From assembly GCA_963667795.1 (NCBI GenBank), contig OY764017.1, forward strand, positions 1,261,329 through 1,325,328: a stretch of 64,000 bases of DNA, read 5' to 3'. Shown in pieces: positions 44,498 to 54,719 of this stretch. Below the pieces are notes generated by a model, which saw nothing but the letters and a program-made list of their open reading frames with translations, searched no databases and was not told the DNA's origin. A program made the position numbers and the translations under genes. Numbering within the stretch: the stretch's first letter is position 1; each line of letters begins with the position of its first letter. This stretch comes from Christensenellaceae bacterium. Lineage in GTDB: Bacteria; Bacillota; Clostridia; Christensenellales; CAG-138.

Positions 44498-45559
44498 TTA
44501 CTGATTCTCCGTTACTGCCGCCGGTTTTTTAAAGAGCCTGTCGCGCAGCTGCAAGGCGTATTTTTTCACAATCGGCGAACCCAGCACAACGATGGCGATA
44601 ATGACAATCGCCTTATAGGCTTTCACCGCCGTGGAAGAGACCTTCATTGCGTACAGGGTGATAGTCAACGCCTGAATGATGTATGCGCCGATGACCGAAC
44701 CGGCCAGGCTGAATTTTCCGCCGCTGAGCGAATTTCCGCCGATGGCGACCGCCAGGATCGCGTCCATTTCAATGTCCAGCAGTATGGTTTCGTGGTTGAT
44801 TAACCCAATTCTGCTGACGCCAATGCACCCCGCGATGGAAACGCAGACGCCAAGCATCATAAACGACAGCATCTTCATTGCAACGGAATTGATTCCGTTC
44901 AACCGGGCGGATTTTTCATTGATCCCGACCGCCTGCGTGTACAGGCCGAGGTTGGTAAAACGCAAGATCAGCGCGACCAGCACCCCGAAAACAATAACGA
45001 TTAAAATAGGCGTCGGTATGGGGATGCCTGGAATAAAGCTTCCGATATAAGTCAGCAGCGGGCTGTCCACCGTCGGCGTCGCGCCGCCGTTGATCCAGTA
45101 TGCAATCGGACGTCCGGCTGTAAACAGGATCAACGTCGCAATCATCGGTTGTATTTTAAATACGGAGACAAGCGTCCCGTTAAACGCACCGAACAGGATT
45201 GCAACGATGCAGCTTGCAAGAAACGCGACCAGGATGATCGGCCACGTAACCTCATGTTCGCGCAGCACGCGCACAAACACACTGCCTGCAATTGCCGAAG
45301 CTGCGCCGACGCTGATATCCTGCCCTTTCGTACATGACGTAACAAGCGTCATACCGATTGCCAGGACCGCCAGTTCGGAGGCACCGTTTAAAATGCTGAT
45401 AACGTTACCCGAAAGAACGGTGTTTCCCGCGTTGTTCGTCGTCACCGTCAGCGTAAAGAACCCTGCGTCCCGAATTAGATTGAAAATGATGATCAATAGC
45501 AGCGCAAATAGCGGGACAATCAGCTGGGACTTTGCTAATTTTTTCCAAAACTTAGCCAT
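44498..45559 (-). CDS. sugar ABC transporter permease (CUT2, YtfT/AraH-like)
   Basis: 353 aa, polytopic. Overlaps the ATPase gene by 8 nt. Confidence 0.8.
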   Translation of the reverse strand: MAKFWKKLAKSQLIVPLFALLLIIIFNLIRDAGFFTLTVTTNNAGNTVLSGNVISILNGASELAVLAIGMTLVTSCTKGQDISVGAASAIAGSVFVRVLREHEVTWPIILVAFLASCIVAILFGAFNGTLVSVFKIQPMIATLILFTAGRPIAYWINGGATPTVDSPLLTYIGSFIPGIPIPTPILIVIVFGVLVALILRFTNLGLYTQAVGINEKSARLNGINSVAMKMLSFMMLGVCVSIAGCIGVSRIGLINHETILLDIEMDAILAVAIGGNSLSGGKFSLAGSVIGAYIIQALTITLYAMKVSSTAVKAYKAIVIIAIVVLGSPIVKKYALQLRDRLFKKPAAVTENQ

Positions 45560-47072
45560 TTTGTGCCGTCCCTCCCGCTATCGTGTGCATGATTTTTGCC
45601 TGCGTCATATCCTCGTCCCTCAATTCACCTACTATATTTCGATCGCGCATAACAATGAGCCGCGAACATGTGCGCAGCATTTCTTCTATTTCGGATGAAA
45701 TAAACGTGACGCTGACGCCTTCTTCGGCAAGTTTGAGCACGAGCTTTTGTATTTCCACTTTGGTTCCGACGTCGATGCCGCGCGTCGGTTCGTCCAGTAT
45801 CAGATACTGCGGTTTTGTTAAAAGCCACCGCGCGAGGATCGCCTTTTGCTGGTTTCCGCCGGAAAGAGAGCCGATCGGCGTGTCTGTAGACGCAGTCTTG
45901 ATGCCGAGCAGATCGATGTATTCGTCGGCAAAGGCTTCCGCCTCCGTTCTGGAGAACGGGTGGAAAAACCCGCGCATGACCTGTAAGGCAAGAATAATGT
46001 TTTCGCGCACGGACAAGTCTTCAATGATGCCATCCTGCTTTCTGTCCTCGGGCAAATATCCAATTCCCTGGCGCATGGCGTCTTTGGGTTTTGTAATTCG
46101 AACGGACTTTCCGTTTATCTTTGTGTTGCCGCCGGTTATCTTGTCCGCGCCGAAAATCGCGCGCACACTTTCGCTGCGGCCGGAACCGAGGAGTCCTGTA
46201 AATCCGTTGACTTCTCCTTTACGGATTTCAAAGTCAAACGGCTTTGTCCCGTTCGCGCTGGACAGGCTGTGCGTTTCAAATACGGGTGTTTCGTCCGCGC
46301 CGGGCTCCACCGGCGTGCGATTGCGTATTGAAGAAATGTCATCGAGTTCTTTTCCCATCATCTTGGAAATCAGCTGAACGCGCGGCAAATCCTTCACATC
46401 GTATGCGCCGACAAGCTCGCCGTTGCGTAAAACGGTGATCCGATCGCATACTTCATAAACTTGTTCCAAAAAGTGTGTGATGAAAATGATGCCGACGCCG
46501 TGGGCTTTCAGCTCACGCATCAACGAAAACAGTTTTTCAACCTCGCGCTCATCCAGCGAGGATGTCGGTTCGTCCAGAATCAACACCCTGCAGTCCATAT
46601 CCATGGCGCGGGCAATGGCAACCATCTGCTGTACCGCCAGCGAGCAGGTACCGAGTTGCTGTGTTGCTCTCGCCGGAATATTCAATTTTGCAAGGATTTC
46701 GTCCGTCGTCTTTTCAATCGCGCGCCAGTTTACAAAGCGGTAGTTGCCCCGACCTATGTACATGTTTTCGGCAACCGTGAGGTTCGGACAAAGCGTAATC
46801 TCCTGATAAACAGTGCTGATGCCCATATTTTGCGCTTCCTGCGGCGATTTTATCGTAATCTCTTTTTCGGTGCCGGCAAGGTGGATATGGCCCGAATCTT
46901 TCGGATATACGCCTGTTAAAACTTTTACCAGAGTTGACTTCCCGGCTCCGTTTTCTCCCATCAGGGCGTGTATCTCGCCTTTGTTCAGTGTGAAATCCAC
47001 CTGATGCAAAGCCCGCACGCCCGGAAACGTCTTGCTAATGTTGCGCATTGACAACACGATGTCGTTTGCCAT
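45552..47072 (-). CDS. sugar ABC transporter ATP-binding protein (duplicated ATPase)
   Basis: 506 aa. Walker A GENGAGKSTLVKVLTG and signature LSGGNQQK. Confidence 0.85.
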   Translation of the reverse strand: MANDIVLSMRNISKTFPGVRALHQVDFTLNKGEIHALMGENGAGKSTLVKVLTGVYPKDSGHIHLAGTEKEITIKSPQEAQNMGISTVYQEITLCPNLTVAENMYIGRGNYRFVNWRAIEKTTDEILAKLNIPARATQQLGTCSLAVQQMVAIARAMDMDCRVLILDEPTSSLDEREVEKLFSLMRELKAHGVGIIFITHFLEQVYEVCDRITVLRNGELVGAYDVKDLPRVQLISKMMGKELDDISSIRNRTPVEPGADETPVFETHSLSSANGTKPFDFEIRKGEVNGFTGLLGSGRSESVRAIFGADKITGGNTKINGKSVRITKPKDAMRQGIGYLPEDRKQDGIIEDLSVRENIILALQVMRGFFHPFSRTEAEAFADEYIDLLGIKTASTDTPIGSLSGGNQQKAILARWLLTKPQYLILDEPTRGIDVGTKVEIQKLVLKLAEEGVSVTFISSEIEEMLRTCSRLIVMRDRNIVGELRDEDMTQAKIMHTIAGGTAQNG

Positions 47073-47117
47073 AGGGGTACCATCCTTTTAATGTGTCAAA
47101 ATCTTCCCAAATATGGC

Positions 47118-47155
47118 GGTGCGAGTATGTGGAACACATCCACATACTCTGCACC
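47118..47155 (-). other. intercistronic stem-loop after the binding-protein gene
   Basis: Stem of about 16 bp, GGTGC(A)GAGTATGTGGA / TCCACATACTC-GCACC, with one bulge and no clear U-tract. Position and form fit an mRNA-stabilising hairpin that would raise SBP:ATPase stoichiometry. Confidence 0.55.
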
Positions 47156-47204
47156 GACATACCTGATTTGAAGTCTAGGTTATTGTTTGAATGGAGTCGA
47201 TTGC

Positions 47205-48257
47205 TTAATCGCCGAGGCCGTAGGTGTCAATGTCGGCCTGTGTGATCGTCGTTGCATCAAAGCCGCGCTCTTCGGAAATAACGGTCTTCTCGGCAAGCGT
47301 TCCGCCGGATTCCAGCGTCTGGATCATCTCGTCGATTACGGAAGCCTGGAACGGGCTGCACTGGCCGTCATAGTTCCAGTTGCCGTCAAGCAGCTCTCTG
47401 AGTGCCCATTTGTTGCAGTCAAAGCCCATGATGATGACGTCTTTACCAACGCCATGGGTGATGCCCGCTTCGTCCAGGGCTGCAACGGCGCCCTTGGCCA
47501 TGCCGTCGTTCTCAGCATAGATTACGTTGAACGCTTCGTTGGAGTTGATGACGGCTTCCACGATCTTCTTGGCTTCCGCTTCGTCCCATGTTGCCGTCTG
47601 CTGTACGACCTTGGTCATGGTGCCGGCTTCAAACTCGGCGTCCAGTGCGGCGGTACGGCCGATTTGCGCATCGGAACCCATAGCGCCCTGAATGTGAATG
47701 ACGTTATACGCTTCAAGGCCCTGTGCCTTCAGCCATTCAACAGCCGTGATGCCTTCCTGAGACATGTCGGAAACGACGGCAGCTTCATACAGGCTCGCGT
47801 CTGCGTTGAGCATGCGGTCAAAGAGGAATACTTTGATGCCGGCTTCCTGTGCGTTGGCCAGTACGGAATCCCAGCCGTCGGTCGCTGCTGCAGAGATGAG
47901 TATGTAGTCCACGCCGTCGGTGATGAACTGCGCGGCTGCGTTGAGCTGCTCGTCATTCTTCAGGCTATAGAAGGTCGATACTTCATATCCGTTTTCTTCC
48001 GTGAAAACTTTTTCAAAGTCCGCGACATTCGCCGCACGGTAGCCGGACTCAGAGGGCGGGTTGTTGACGATGCCAACTTTGATCATTGCAGCCGCTTCAG
48101 GCTCTTCAGCTTCCGGTTCCGTTACGGCAACTTCGGTTTGCGTCGTCGTGTCCTCCGCTTCCGTTGTCGTATCGGTCGTTGCCGGTGTCTTCTGTGCGCA
48201 GGCCGCAAGGCTCAGCACCATCATGACGATAAGGAATACTGTAATTAACTTTTTCAT
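47205..48257 (-). CDS. CUT2 sugar ABC transporter substrate-binding lipoprotein (probable L-arabinose)
   Basis: 350 aa. Lipobox VLSLAAC followed by a Thr/Glu-rich linker. PBP1 fold by composition and context. Confidence 0.75.
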   Translation of the reverse strand: MKKLITVFLIVMMVLSLAACAQKTPATTDTTTEAEDTTTQTEVAVTEPEAEEPEAAAMIKVGIVNNPPSESGYRAANVADFEKVFTEENGYEVSTFYSLKNDEQLNAAAQFITDGVDYILISAAATDGWDSVLANAQEAGIKVFLFDRMLNADASLYEAAVVSDMSQEGITAVEWLKAQGLEAYNVIHIQGAMGSDAQIGRTAALDAEFEAGTMTKVVQQTATWDEAEAKKIVEAVINSNEAFNVIYAENDGMAKGAVAALDEAGITHGVGKDVIIMGFDCNKWALRELLDGNWNYDGQCSPFQASVIDEMIQTLESGGTLAEKTVISEERGFDATTITQADIDTYGLGD

Positions 48258-48512
48258 GTTTCCGATTTCCTTTCCCTTTTCAAGATATGATGTGAATGGT
48301 AGATTTGCAGTCGCATGTGCGACCCATCATTTTTCTTATAGCATACGAAAAGTTATAAACCAACAACTTCGAGCCAAGCGCATAAGAATGTCAACCATCT
48401 CAATTAGATAACATACCGTCCTGAATTTTCGCGTTTCTCCGGCGTTTCGGCGATCGTAATTTTTCCAACGTCCATAGTAAAAAAACTACCGTTAAATGTG
48501 GATCTGGAATAT

Positions 48513-48552
48513 AAAAAGTGCGGGTTTCGCCGGAGCGGAACCCGCACTTTTT
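48513..48552 (-). terminator. strong intrinsic terminator of the sensor operon (bidirectional form)
   Basis: AGTGCGGGTT...AACCCGCACT stem of at least 10 bp, flanked by AAAAA and TTTTT. Confidence 0.8.
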
Positions 48553-48567
48553 CGTTTTTGTGTCATA

Positions 48568-49578
48568 TCAATATCCCCGGTCGTCGATCACTTCCTGTGT
48601 AATGGTACGGCTATCGAACCACTTTTCGTCAATATAACGTTCCAGCTCGACCGATTCACCGTGCTCCAGCCGCTGGATGATTTCCGCAACATACGGTCCC
48701 TGGAGCGGATTGCACTCTACATTCAGTGCAATCTTGCCCTGCATGCAATACGTAAGTCCAAGCTTTGTCGCGTCAAACGAGATGACGAGTACGCCACCGT
48801 CCACATTGCAGTATAGGCCGGCTTCTTCCATTGCGTCGATCGCGCCAAGTGCCTCTCCGTCGTTTTCGCAGTAAACAACGTCGATGTCCGTGGTTTCTTC
48901 CAGAATGGCGTTCATCACCTCATAGGTCTTTGCCCGCGTAAAGTCGCCGCATTCCTGAGCAACGATCTGCCAATTCACGTTGCGCTTGATCGCCTGCTCC
49001 AGCGCGGCGGTACGTCCAATCTGCGCAGACGACGCAAGTGTGCCCTGAATATGAACGATATGGATCGGGTTCTGCGTCCGTCCCATGTCCGAAAGGAAGT
49101 TTTCCAGCCAGGTGATAGCCGTTTCCCCTTCTTCATAGAAGTCGGAGCCGATATATGCCGTATATAAGCTGCGGTCTTCCACCTCAATGTCGCGGTCAAT
49201 GACAATCACCGGTATTTCCGCGTCCCGCGCTTCTTCCAAAATCGAAGTCCATCCGGTTTCCACACGCGGCGAGAACACGATGTAATCTACATCCTGCTGA
49301 ATAAAGGTGCGGATCGCGCGGATCTGGTTCGCCTGTTCGTTGCGGGCGTCGTCGTAGATCAATTCATACCCGTTTTCCTCATTCAGTGCGGCTTTCACAC
49401 TTTCGGTGTTTGCAACGCGCCATTCGGACTCCGCGCCGAGCTGTGAAAAACCGACCACAATCAGGTTGCCCAGACTCTCTTCCGACTCGTCTTCCACAGA
49501 TGAAGCATCATATACGCAGCCGCAAAGCAAGCCCGCAAGCAATGGCAGGATACATATGGCGGCGAGGATTTTTTTCAT
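48568..49578 (-). CDS. sensor-associated periplasmic sugar-binding lipoprotein (PBP1)
   Basis: 336 aa. Lipobox AGLLCGC. Its ATG overlaps the kinase stop (ATGA). Confidence 0.75.
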   Translation of the reverse strand: MKKILAAICILPLLAGLLCGCVYDASSVEDESEESLGNLIVVGFSQLGAESEWRVANTESVKAALNEENGYELIYDDARNEQANQIRAIRTFIQQDVDYIVFSPRVETGWTSILEEARDAEIPVIVIDRDIEVEDRSLYTAYIGSDFYEEGETAITWLENFLSDMGRTQNPIHIVHIQGTLASSAQIGRTAALEQAIKRNVNWQIVAQECGDFTRAKTYEVMNAILEETTDIDVVYCENDGEALGAIDAMEEAGLYCNVDGGVLVISFDATKLGLTYCMQGKIALNVECNPLQGPYVAEIIQRLEHGESVELERYIDEKWFDSRTITQEVIDDRGY

Positions 49579-51026
49579 GTACTCATCTCCCTTTCTTCAT
49601 GTGTCTGCATGGGTATGATGACGGAAATCTTTGTTCCAACGTCCGGCGTGCTCTCGATGCTCAGCCCGTATTCCGCGCCAAAGAGAATCTGAATGCGCTG
49701 GTGCACCGTCCGCAGACCGAATCCCTCACGTCGGTCGTCGACAAGCGACGCATGAACTTCCTCCAGCCGCTCGGCCGGCATGCCGCAGCCGTCGTCCGCC
49801 ACCTCCAGAATGATGTGTTCGCCCTGCGCGCGTCCGCTCACACGGATCAATCCTTTGCGCCGCCGGATTTTTATGCCGTGGTACAACGCGTTTTCCACCA
49901 GCGGCTGTAATGTGAGTTTCGGCAGTATGTAAACCTCAAGCTCTTCGGGAAGGTCGATTTCATACTCCATCAAATCACGGTAACGCATCCGCTGGATTTC
50001 CAGATAACTTCGTATATGCTGCTGTTCTTCCTTTAGCGTGATGACGTTCTGTCCACGACTCAATGAAAAGCGGAAATAATTAGACAAACTGCTGACCATG
50101 GTGACCGCTTCGTTGATTTCACTGGATTCGATCAGCCAGACGATGGTGTCCAGTGTGTTATATAAGAAGTGCGGGTTGATCTGCGCCTGCAGTAGTGCAA
50201 GCTCCGTGCGGCGCCGCTGCTTTTCCTGCTCGGCGTTGCGGTCGATCTGACGTTTCAGATGCACAACCATGCTCTCGATGCCGTCGGAAAGCAACTGTAC
50301 TTCTTCAACATCCGCCTGAATCGGCTCGCAGACAAGCAGGCCGCCATGGCCGATTGCAACCAATCGGTCACAAAGCATGTCCACCGGATCGACGATACGG
50401 CGGCTGAGCTTGCGTGAATAGCTGAGCAAAAAGTACAGCAGCACCATAGCGAGAATGACGATGAAAACCAGCAGCACGATCATGTTTGTAGTCATTGTGG
50501 ATTGGAGCACGTCCAGATGCACTGCCTCATAGTATAAGTAGGTGTACATATATTCCTGGATCAGGTCGGCCATGACGTAGATGTTGTCGTTCAGCTGGCT
50601 CATACGGGAATCGTAACCGTCGGTCTCTGCGATTTCCTGCATCTTGTCTTCAAGATTGTGACAAAGGTTCAGCACGCTGTTGATGGCGCGCAGGCTGTCT
50701 TTTTCGGACGTGGTGTCGATCAGCTTCAGCGCAATCGTCTCCGCGGACTTGACCTCTTCGGTCGGCAGTCCTTCCGAATACTGGCTGTCGATTACGTAAT
50801 AGTACATCTTGGTTTTGATGTTGTCGGTAAACTCACGGTTAAAGTCGGAAGCCGTGGTCACGTTGTTTAAAATCGCATTGTATTGCAGGCCGTATCCGAT
50901 CCCGATGCCCACCACAAGGATGATGATCAGCATCAGCGGGATGGTGACGACCAGTATCATCTTCCACAGTTTTTTCTGCATAGTGGTTTTTTCACTTTTG
51001 CCTGTCTGCCTGAGCTCTTCGATCAC
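49575..51026 (-). CDS. sensor histidine kinase (LytS/YesM type)
   Basis: Track ORF 49575..51062. I prefer GTG 51026: GAGGAG lies 7 nt upstream and the start forms a GTGA overlap with the regulator stop. Two TM segments, His-kinase box LLQAQINPHFLYNTL and ATPase motif ADDGCGMP. Confidence 0.85.
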   Translation of the reverse strand: MIEELRQTGKSEKTTMQKKLWKMILVVTIPLMLIIILVVGIGIGYGLQYNAILNNVTTASDFNREFTDNIKTKMYYYVIDSQYSEGLPTEEVKSAETIALKLIDTTSEKDSLRAINSVLNLCHNLEDKMQEIAETDGYDSRMSQLNDNIYVMADLIQEYMYTYLYYEAVHLDVLQSTMTTNMIVLLVFIVILAMVLLYFLLSYSRKLSRRIVDPVDMLCDRLVAIGHGGLLVCEPIQADVEEVQLLSDGIESMVVHLKRQIDRNAEQEKQRRRTELALLQAQINPHFLYNTLDTIVWLIESSEINEAVTMVSSLSNYFRFSLSRGQNVITLKEEQQHIRSYLEIQRMRYRDLMEYEIDLPEELEVYILPKLTLQPLVENALYHGIKIRRRKGLIRVSGRAQGEHIILEVADDGCGMPAERLEEVHASLVDDRREGFGLRTVHQRIQILFGAEYGLSIESTPDVGTKISVIIPMQTHEEREMST

Positions 51027-52639
51027 CGTTTGTCTCCTCTGCGGTACTCGCTTGGCGTGCATCCCGAAACCTTTTTAAACACAAAACTAAAGTAATGCGA
51101 ATCCCGAAAGCCTACGGCAAACGCAATCTCGCTGGAGCGCATCTCCGTGTGACGCAGCATGCGCTTTGCCTCGGCGATACGCTTTCCCGTCAGGTATTCG
51201 ATAAACGTCTGCCCGACTTCTTGGCTGAACATTGCGGAAAAATAATTGGGGCTTATGTTCACCTTTTGGGCTACTTTGTCAAGCGAAATCGTCTCGTCCT
51301 GATAATGCTTGTCGATAAAGCCGATGGCCTGCACCAACAAGTCTCTCTGCTGTTTTTTGCTTTCATTGTCGCGCAGCTCCATCACGTGCTGCATCACACT
51401 GCGCAAATATGCGCGTGTTTCGTCCGGTTTGGATATATCGTCCGTCGGCCGGAGTTCCGACGGCCAGAAGCTGTCCGCATGGCAGCCGATCGAGTCGAGA
51501 TACTCCATCGCCGCAAAAAACACCGTCATAGTCAAAAACCGGCAGAACATAGGCATTAGCGCGGTTTCTTCGCCCGCGCTTTGCATCAGCTGCTCAATAA
51601 ACTGATCGATTTCTTCCGTTGTACCGCCGCTTAAAAAGCAGCGTACCAGTTGCTGGTCAATATCCCGCGTTCCTTTGTCCGCCGCGTTGCCGCCGATTTT
51701 ACGCATGTTTTGAATGCTTGTTTCGGAAAGGATGTGCTCCTCCGGGCAGATATAGCGATAGGACAGGATGCGGTTTGCTTCCGCAAAACATACGGGCAGC
51801 GCGCTGAGCCGTAAAACCGGCGTACCATAGGAAATGTGCCAGTTTGCCTCGCGGCCTGCGAGCTCGCAGAGTTGCTGAATGCTTGCAACGCATTCCAGCG
51901 TACGTTTCCCGACGTCCTCCCGTCCGCCTTTGATGAGCGCCGCGTGCGTCGTGATGTTCCAGCGGAACAGGATCAATTCCGGCTGGCTGACGAAAAACTG
52001 CGTCACCTTGTCCTGCGTTGCGGCAAGCGAGTCGGTGTATCCTTCCGGCGCACTGCCGTTGTATGCGGCGCTGTTGATTGAAAACAGCAGGATATTATAG
52101 GACGGCGCGTTCAGGTCAATGTCCATCGCTTTTGCGGTTTCGGATATCTCCGAAACACTCATGCCGCCGGTGACGACCTGCTCAAAAAAGCGCCTGCGGG
52201 AAAATACTTCATATTCCTGCGCCTCGCGCTGAAACATTGCAAGATAGTCGCGCTGCCGTTGCTCGGCTCCCATCTTTTTTTGCAGCGTGATGAGCAAATC
52301 CACCATCTTTTCCTTTATGATGGGCTTGAGCAGGTATTGTTCCACACCCATGCGGATTGCGCGCTGCGCAAACGCAAAATCATCGTAACCGCTGATAATA
52401 ACGATCTTTGTGCGCGGCAATTCCTTGCGGACCAGTTCGCTCAGCGCAAGTCCGTCCATAAACGGCATTTTGATGTCGGTAATCAACAAGTCGGGTTGAA
52501 TTTGGCGGATCAGCGGCAGCGCAAGTTCACCGTCGGGCGCGTCCCCGGCGTATAAAAAGCCGTATTGCTCCCAACTGATGTTTTTGCGTATACCTTCTCG
52601 TACTACGATCTCGTCTTCGACAAGAAAGACCTTGAACAT
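51023..52639 (-). CDS. response regulator with AraC-type HTH output (YesN type)
   Basis: Track ORF 51023..52663. Start at MFKVFLVEDE (ATG 52639) after GAAAGGAAG. REC domain ...DIKMPFMDG. C-terminal HTH IAFAVGFRDSHYFSFVFKKVSGCTPSEY. Confidence 0.85.
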   Translation of the reverse strand: MFKVFLVEDEIVVREGIRKNISWEQYGFLYAGDAPDGELALPLIRQIQPDLLITDIKMPFMDGLALSELVRKELPRTKIVIISGYDDFAFAQRAIRMGVEQYLLKPIIKEKMVDLLITLQKKMGAEQRQRDYLAMFQREAQEYEVFSRRRFFEQVVTGGMSVSEISETAKAMDIDLNAPSYNILLFSINSAAYNGSAPEGYTDSLAATQDKVTQFFVSQPELILFRWNITTHAALIKGGREDVGKRTLECVASIQQLCELAGREANWHISYGTPVLRLSALPVCFAEANRILSYRYICPEEHILSETSIQNMRKIGGNAADKGTRDIDQQLVRCFLSGGTTEEIDQFIEQLMQSAGEETALMPMFCRFLTMTVFFAAMEYLDSIGCHADSFWPSELRPTDDISKPDETRAYLRSVMQHVMELRDNESKKQQRDLLVQAIGFIDKHYQDETISLDKVAQKVNISPNYFSAMFSQEVGQTFIEYLTGKRIAEAKRMLRHTEMRSSEIAFAVGFRDSHYFSFVFKKVSGCTPSEYRRGDKR

Positions 52640-52977
52640 TGGATCTTCCTTTCTAAAGGACATGTCAATTTTATCATAAAAAGTACATGTTCATATTAAA
52701 TTAAGATGTGTAAACTTCTCCAGTTAAACTCTATTGTGTCCTATTATACGATAATATCCAATAGGTTTTCTTTCGTTTTTGGTTTGATTTTTTATTCAAC
52801 TGCAAACCCGCTTCGTTTTATTACGGCAAAAGACCCGTTCCCGCAGGAGCGATGAGCGTGCGTCGTTTCTGTCGCGTTTTCCGGCGCGGCGTACAAAACA
52901 GGCCGAAACATGCGTTTTTTGCCGACCATGCGCGAAATAATCCAACAAAAAACATAAGAATTCACACTGTTTTTATG

Positions 52978-53007
52978 TTGATGCATCCGCCTTTTTTGAA
53001 ATATGAT
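52978..53007 (+). promoter_or_regulatory. candidate araB-araD promoter
   Basis: TTGATG (52978..52983), 18 nt, then TATGAT (53002..53007). Confidence 0.4.
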
Positions 53008-53101
53008 ACATATATCAAATCAACTCTTTTGCCTGGCGCGCAGCAAAGCATGCGCGCTGCACGGCAAGAATCCAAGAATCAACGAACTTCGAGGGCTTGT
53101 T

Positions 53102-54706
53102 ATGATGCAAAACACCACCGGCGCCGCCGCGATCCGTGACGGCAAAACCTATCTCGGCATTGAGTTCGGCTCCACACGCATTAAGGCCGTGCTGATCGAC
53201 GAATCGCATGCCGTGCTCGCCTCCGGCAGCCACAACTGGGAAAACCGCCTGGAAGACGGCGTATGGACCTATTCGCTGGATGATATCTTCTCCGGTTTGC
53301 AGGACGCTTATCAAAAACTTTCCGCAAACGTAATGGATCAATACGGCGAAACGCTTACCCGGGTCGGCGCAATGGGCATTTCCGCCATGATGCACGGTTA
53401 TATGGCCTTTGATGCGGCGGGCAATCTGCTTGTGCCGTTTCGCACATGGCGAAACACCATGACGGGCCGGGCGGCAAAAGAGCTCTCTTCCTTCTTCGGC
53501 TTCAATATTCCGCAGCGCTGGAGCATTGCGCACCTGTATCAGGCCATGCTCAATAAAGAACCGCACGTAACGTCCGTTTCGTTTCTCACAACGCTTGCCG
53601 GCTATATCCACTGGCGGCTTACGGGTGAAAAGCTGATCGGCGTCGGCGACGGCTCCGGCATGTTCCCTGTTGACAGCGCGGCGCTTTGCTACGACGGGAC
53701 CATGGCCGCGACGTTCCAACAGCTTGCGGACAAATACGGCTGCGGCTGGAAACTTCTGGACATCCTTCCGCGGCTATTACCCGCGGGTGCGCAGGCCGGT
53801 CGGCTGACGCCGGAAGGCGCGGCGCTTCTCGATCCCGAGGGTAAACTGCAGCCCGGCATTCCCATGTGCCCGCCGGAAGGCGACGCGGGTACGGGGATGG
53901 TCGCGACCAACAGCGTCCGCAAGCGCACGGGTAACGTCAGCGCGGGTACGAGCGTATTCGCCATGCTGGTGATGGAGCGTCCGCTCTCGCGTTCGTATCC
54001 GGAGGTAGACTTGGTAACCACGCCGTCGGGCGATCCTGTCGCAATGGTGCACTGCAACAATTGCACAAGCGACGTCGACGCGTGGATTCGTCTCTTTGGC
54101 GAGGCAGCGAGTGTACTCGGCGCATCGTTCGACGAACGCACGCTGTATCGAACCCTCTACAAACAGGCACTGCTAGGCGTGCCGGACTGTGGCGGGCTCA
54201 TCACATACAACTATCTTTCCGGCGAACACGTCACCGGGCTGGACGAAGGCCGCCCGTTGATGCTGCGCAGGCCGGACACAGCGTTTACGCTTGCAAACGT
54301 CATGCGCGCGCATCTGACCTCCGCCTGCGCTTCGCTGCGCATCGGCATGGATATACTTGCCGCCGAACAGGTGGAGCTGGATGCAATGACAGGACATGGC
54401 GGCTTCTTCAAGGTTGAAGGCGTCGGTCAAACCATCATGTCCGCTGCGCTCGGTACCCCGATCACCGTTATGGAAACCGCGGGCGAAGGCGGCCCCTGGG
54501 GCATGGCTGTCCTCGCGGCCTATATGCAAAACCGTGCTGCAGACGAATCACTTTCGGATTATCTGGAACAGCGCGTCTTCATGGACGCAAAATGTACAAC
54601 CGTCTCCGCCACCGATGCGGATTCGGCGGGCTATGCGTCATTTATGGAAGATTACAAGCGCTGCCTCGCGCTGGAGCGGTCGGCGGTACAGTTAACGAAA
54701 GACTAG
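53102..54706 (+). CDS. araB: FGGY-family pentulose kinase, probable L-ribulokinase
   Basis: Track ORF 53003..54706. Start at MMQNTTG (ATG 53102) after GAGGG. N-terminal [17 protein letters not shown]. The function is inferred from its position next to araD and divergent from the araA operon. Confidence 0.7.
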   Translation: MMQNTTGAAAIRDGKTYLGIEFGSTRIKAVLIDESHAVLASGSHNWENRLEDGVWTYSLDDIFSGLQDAYQKLSANVMDQYGETLTRVGAMGISAMMHGYMAFDAAGNLLVPFRTWRNTMTGRAAKELSSFFGFNIPQRWSIAHLYQAMLNKEPHVTSVSFLTTLAGYIHWRLTGEKLIGVGDGSGMFPVDSAALCYDGTMAATFQQLADKYGCGWKLLDILPRLLPAGAQAGRLTPEGAALLDPEGKLQPGIPMCPPEGDAGTGMVATNSVRKRTGNVSAGTSVFAMLVMERPLSRSYPEVDLVTTPSGDPVAMVHCNNCTSDVDAWIRLFGEAASVLGASFDERTLYRTLYKQALLGVPDCGGLITYNYLSGEHVTGLDEGRPLMLRRPDTAFTLANVMRAHLTSACASLRIGMDILAAEQVELDAMTGHGGFFKVEGVGQTIMSAALGTPITVMETAGEGGPWGMAVLAAYMQNRAADESLSDYLEQRVFMDAKCTTVSATDADSAGYASFMEDYKRCLALERSAVQLTKD

Positions 54707-54719
54707 AGAGGATGGACCG

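Noticed and set aside
47187-48248. A 353-aa plus-strand ORF antisense to the arabinose-operon binding protein
   Set aside because: The explanation is the same codon-bias shadow ORF. It has no RBS and an implausible composition. The minus-strand gene has a lipoprotein signal and an operon partner.
52792-53139. Small ORFs (64 aa minus strand, 95 aa plus strand) and the 53003 ATG extension of araB in the ara divergent region
   Set aside because: They have no RBS. The ATG at 53003 lies inside the putative -10 element, and the N-terminal extension is not kinase-like. ATG 53102 has an RBS and begins the conserved FGGY N-terminus.
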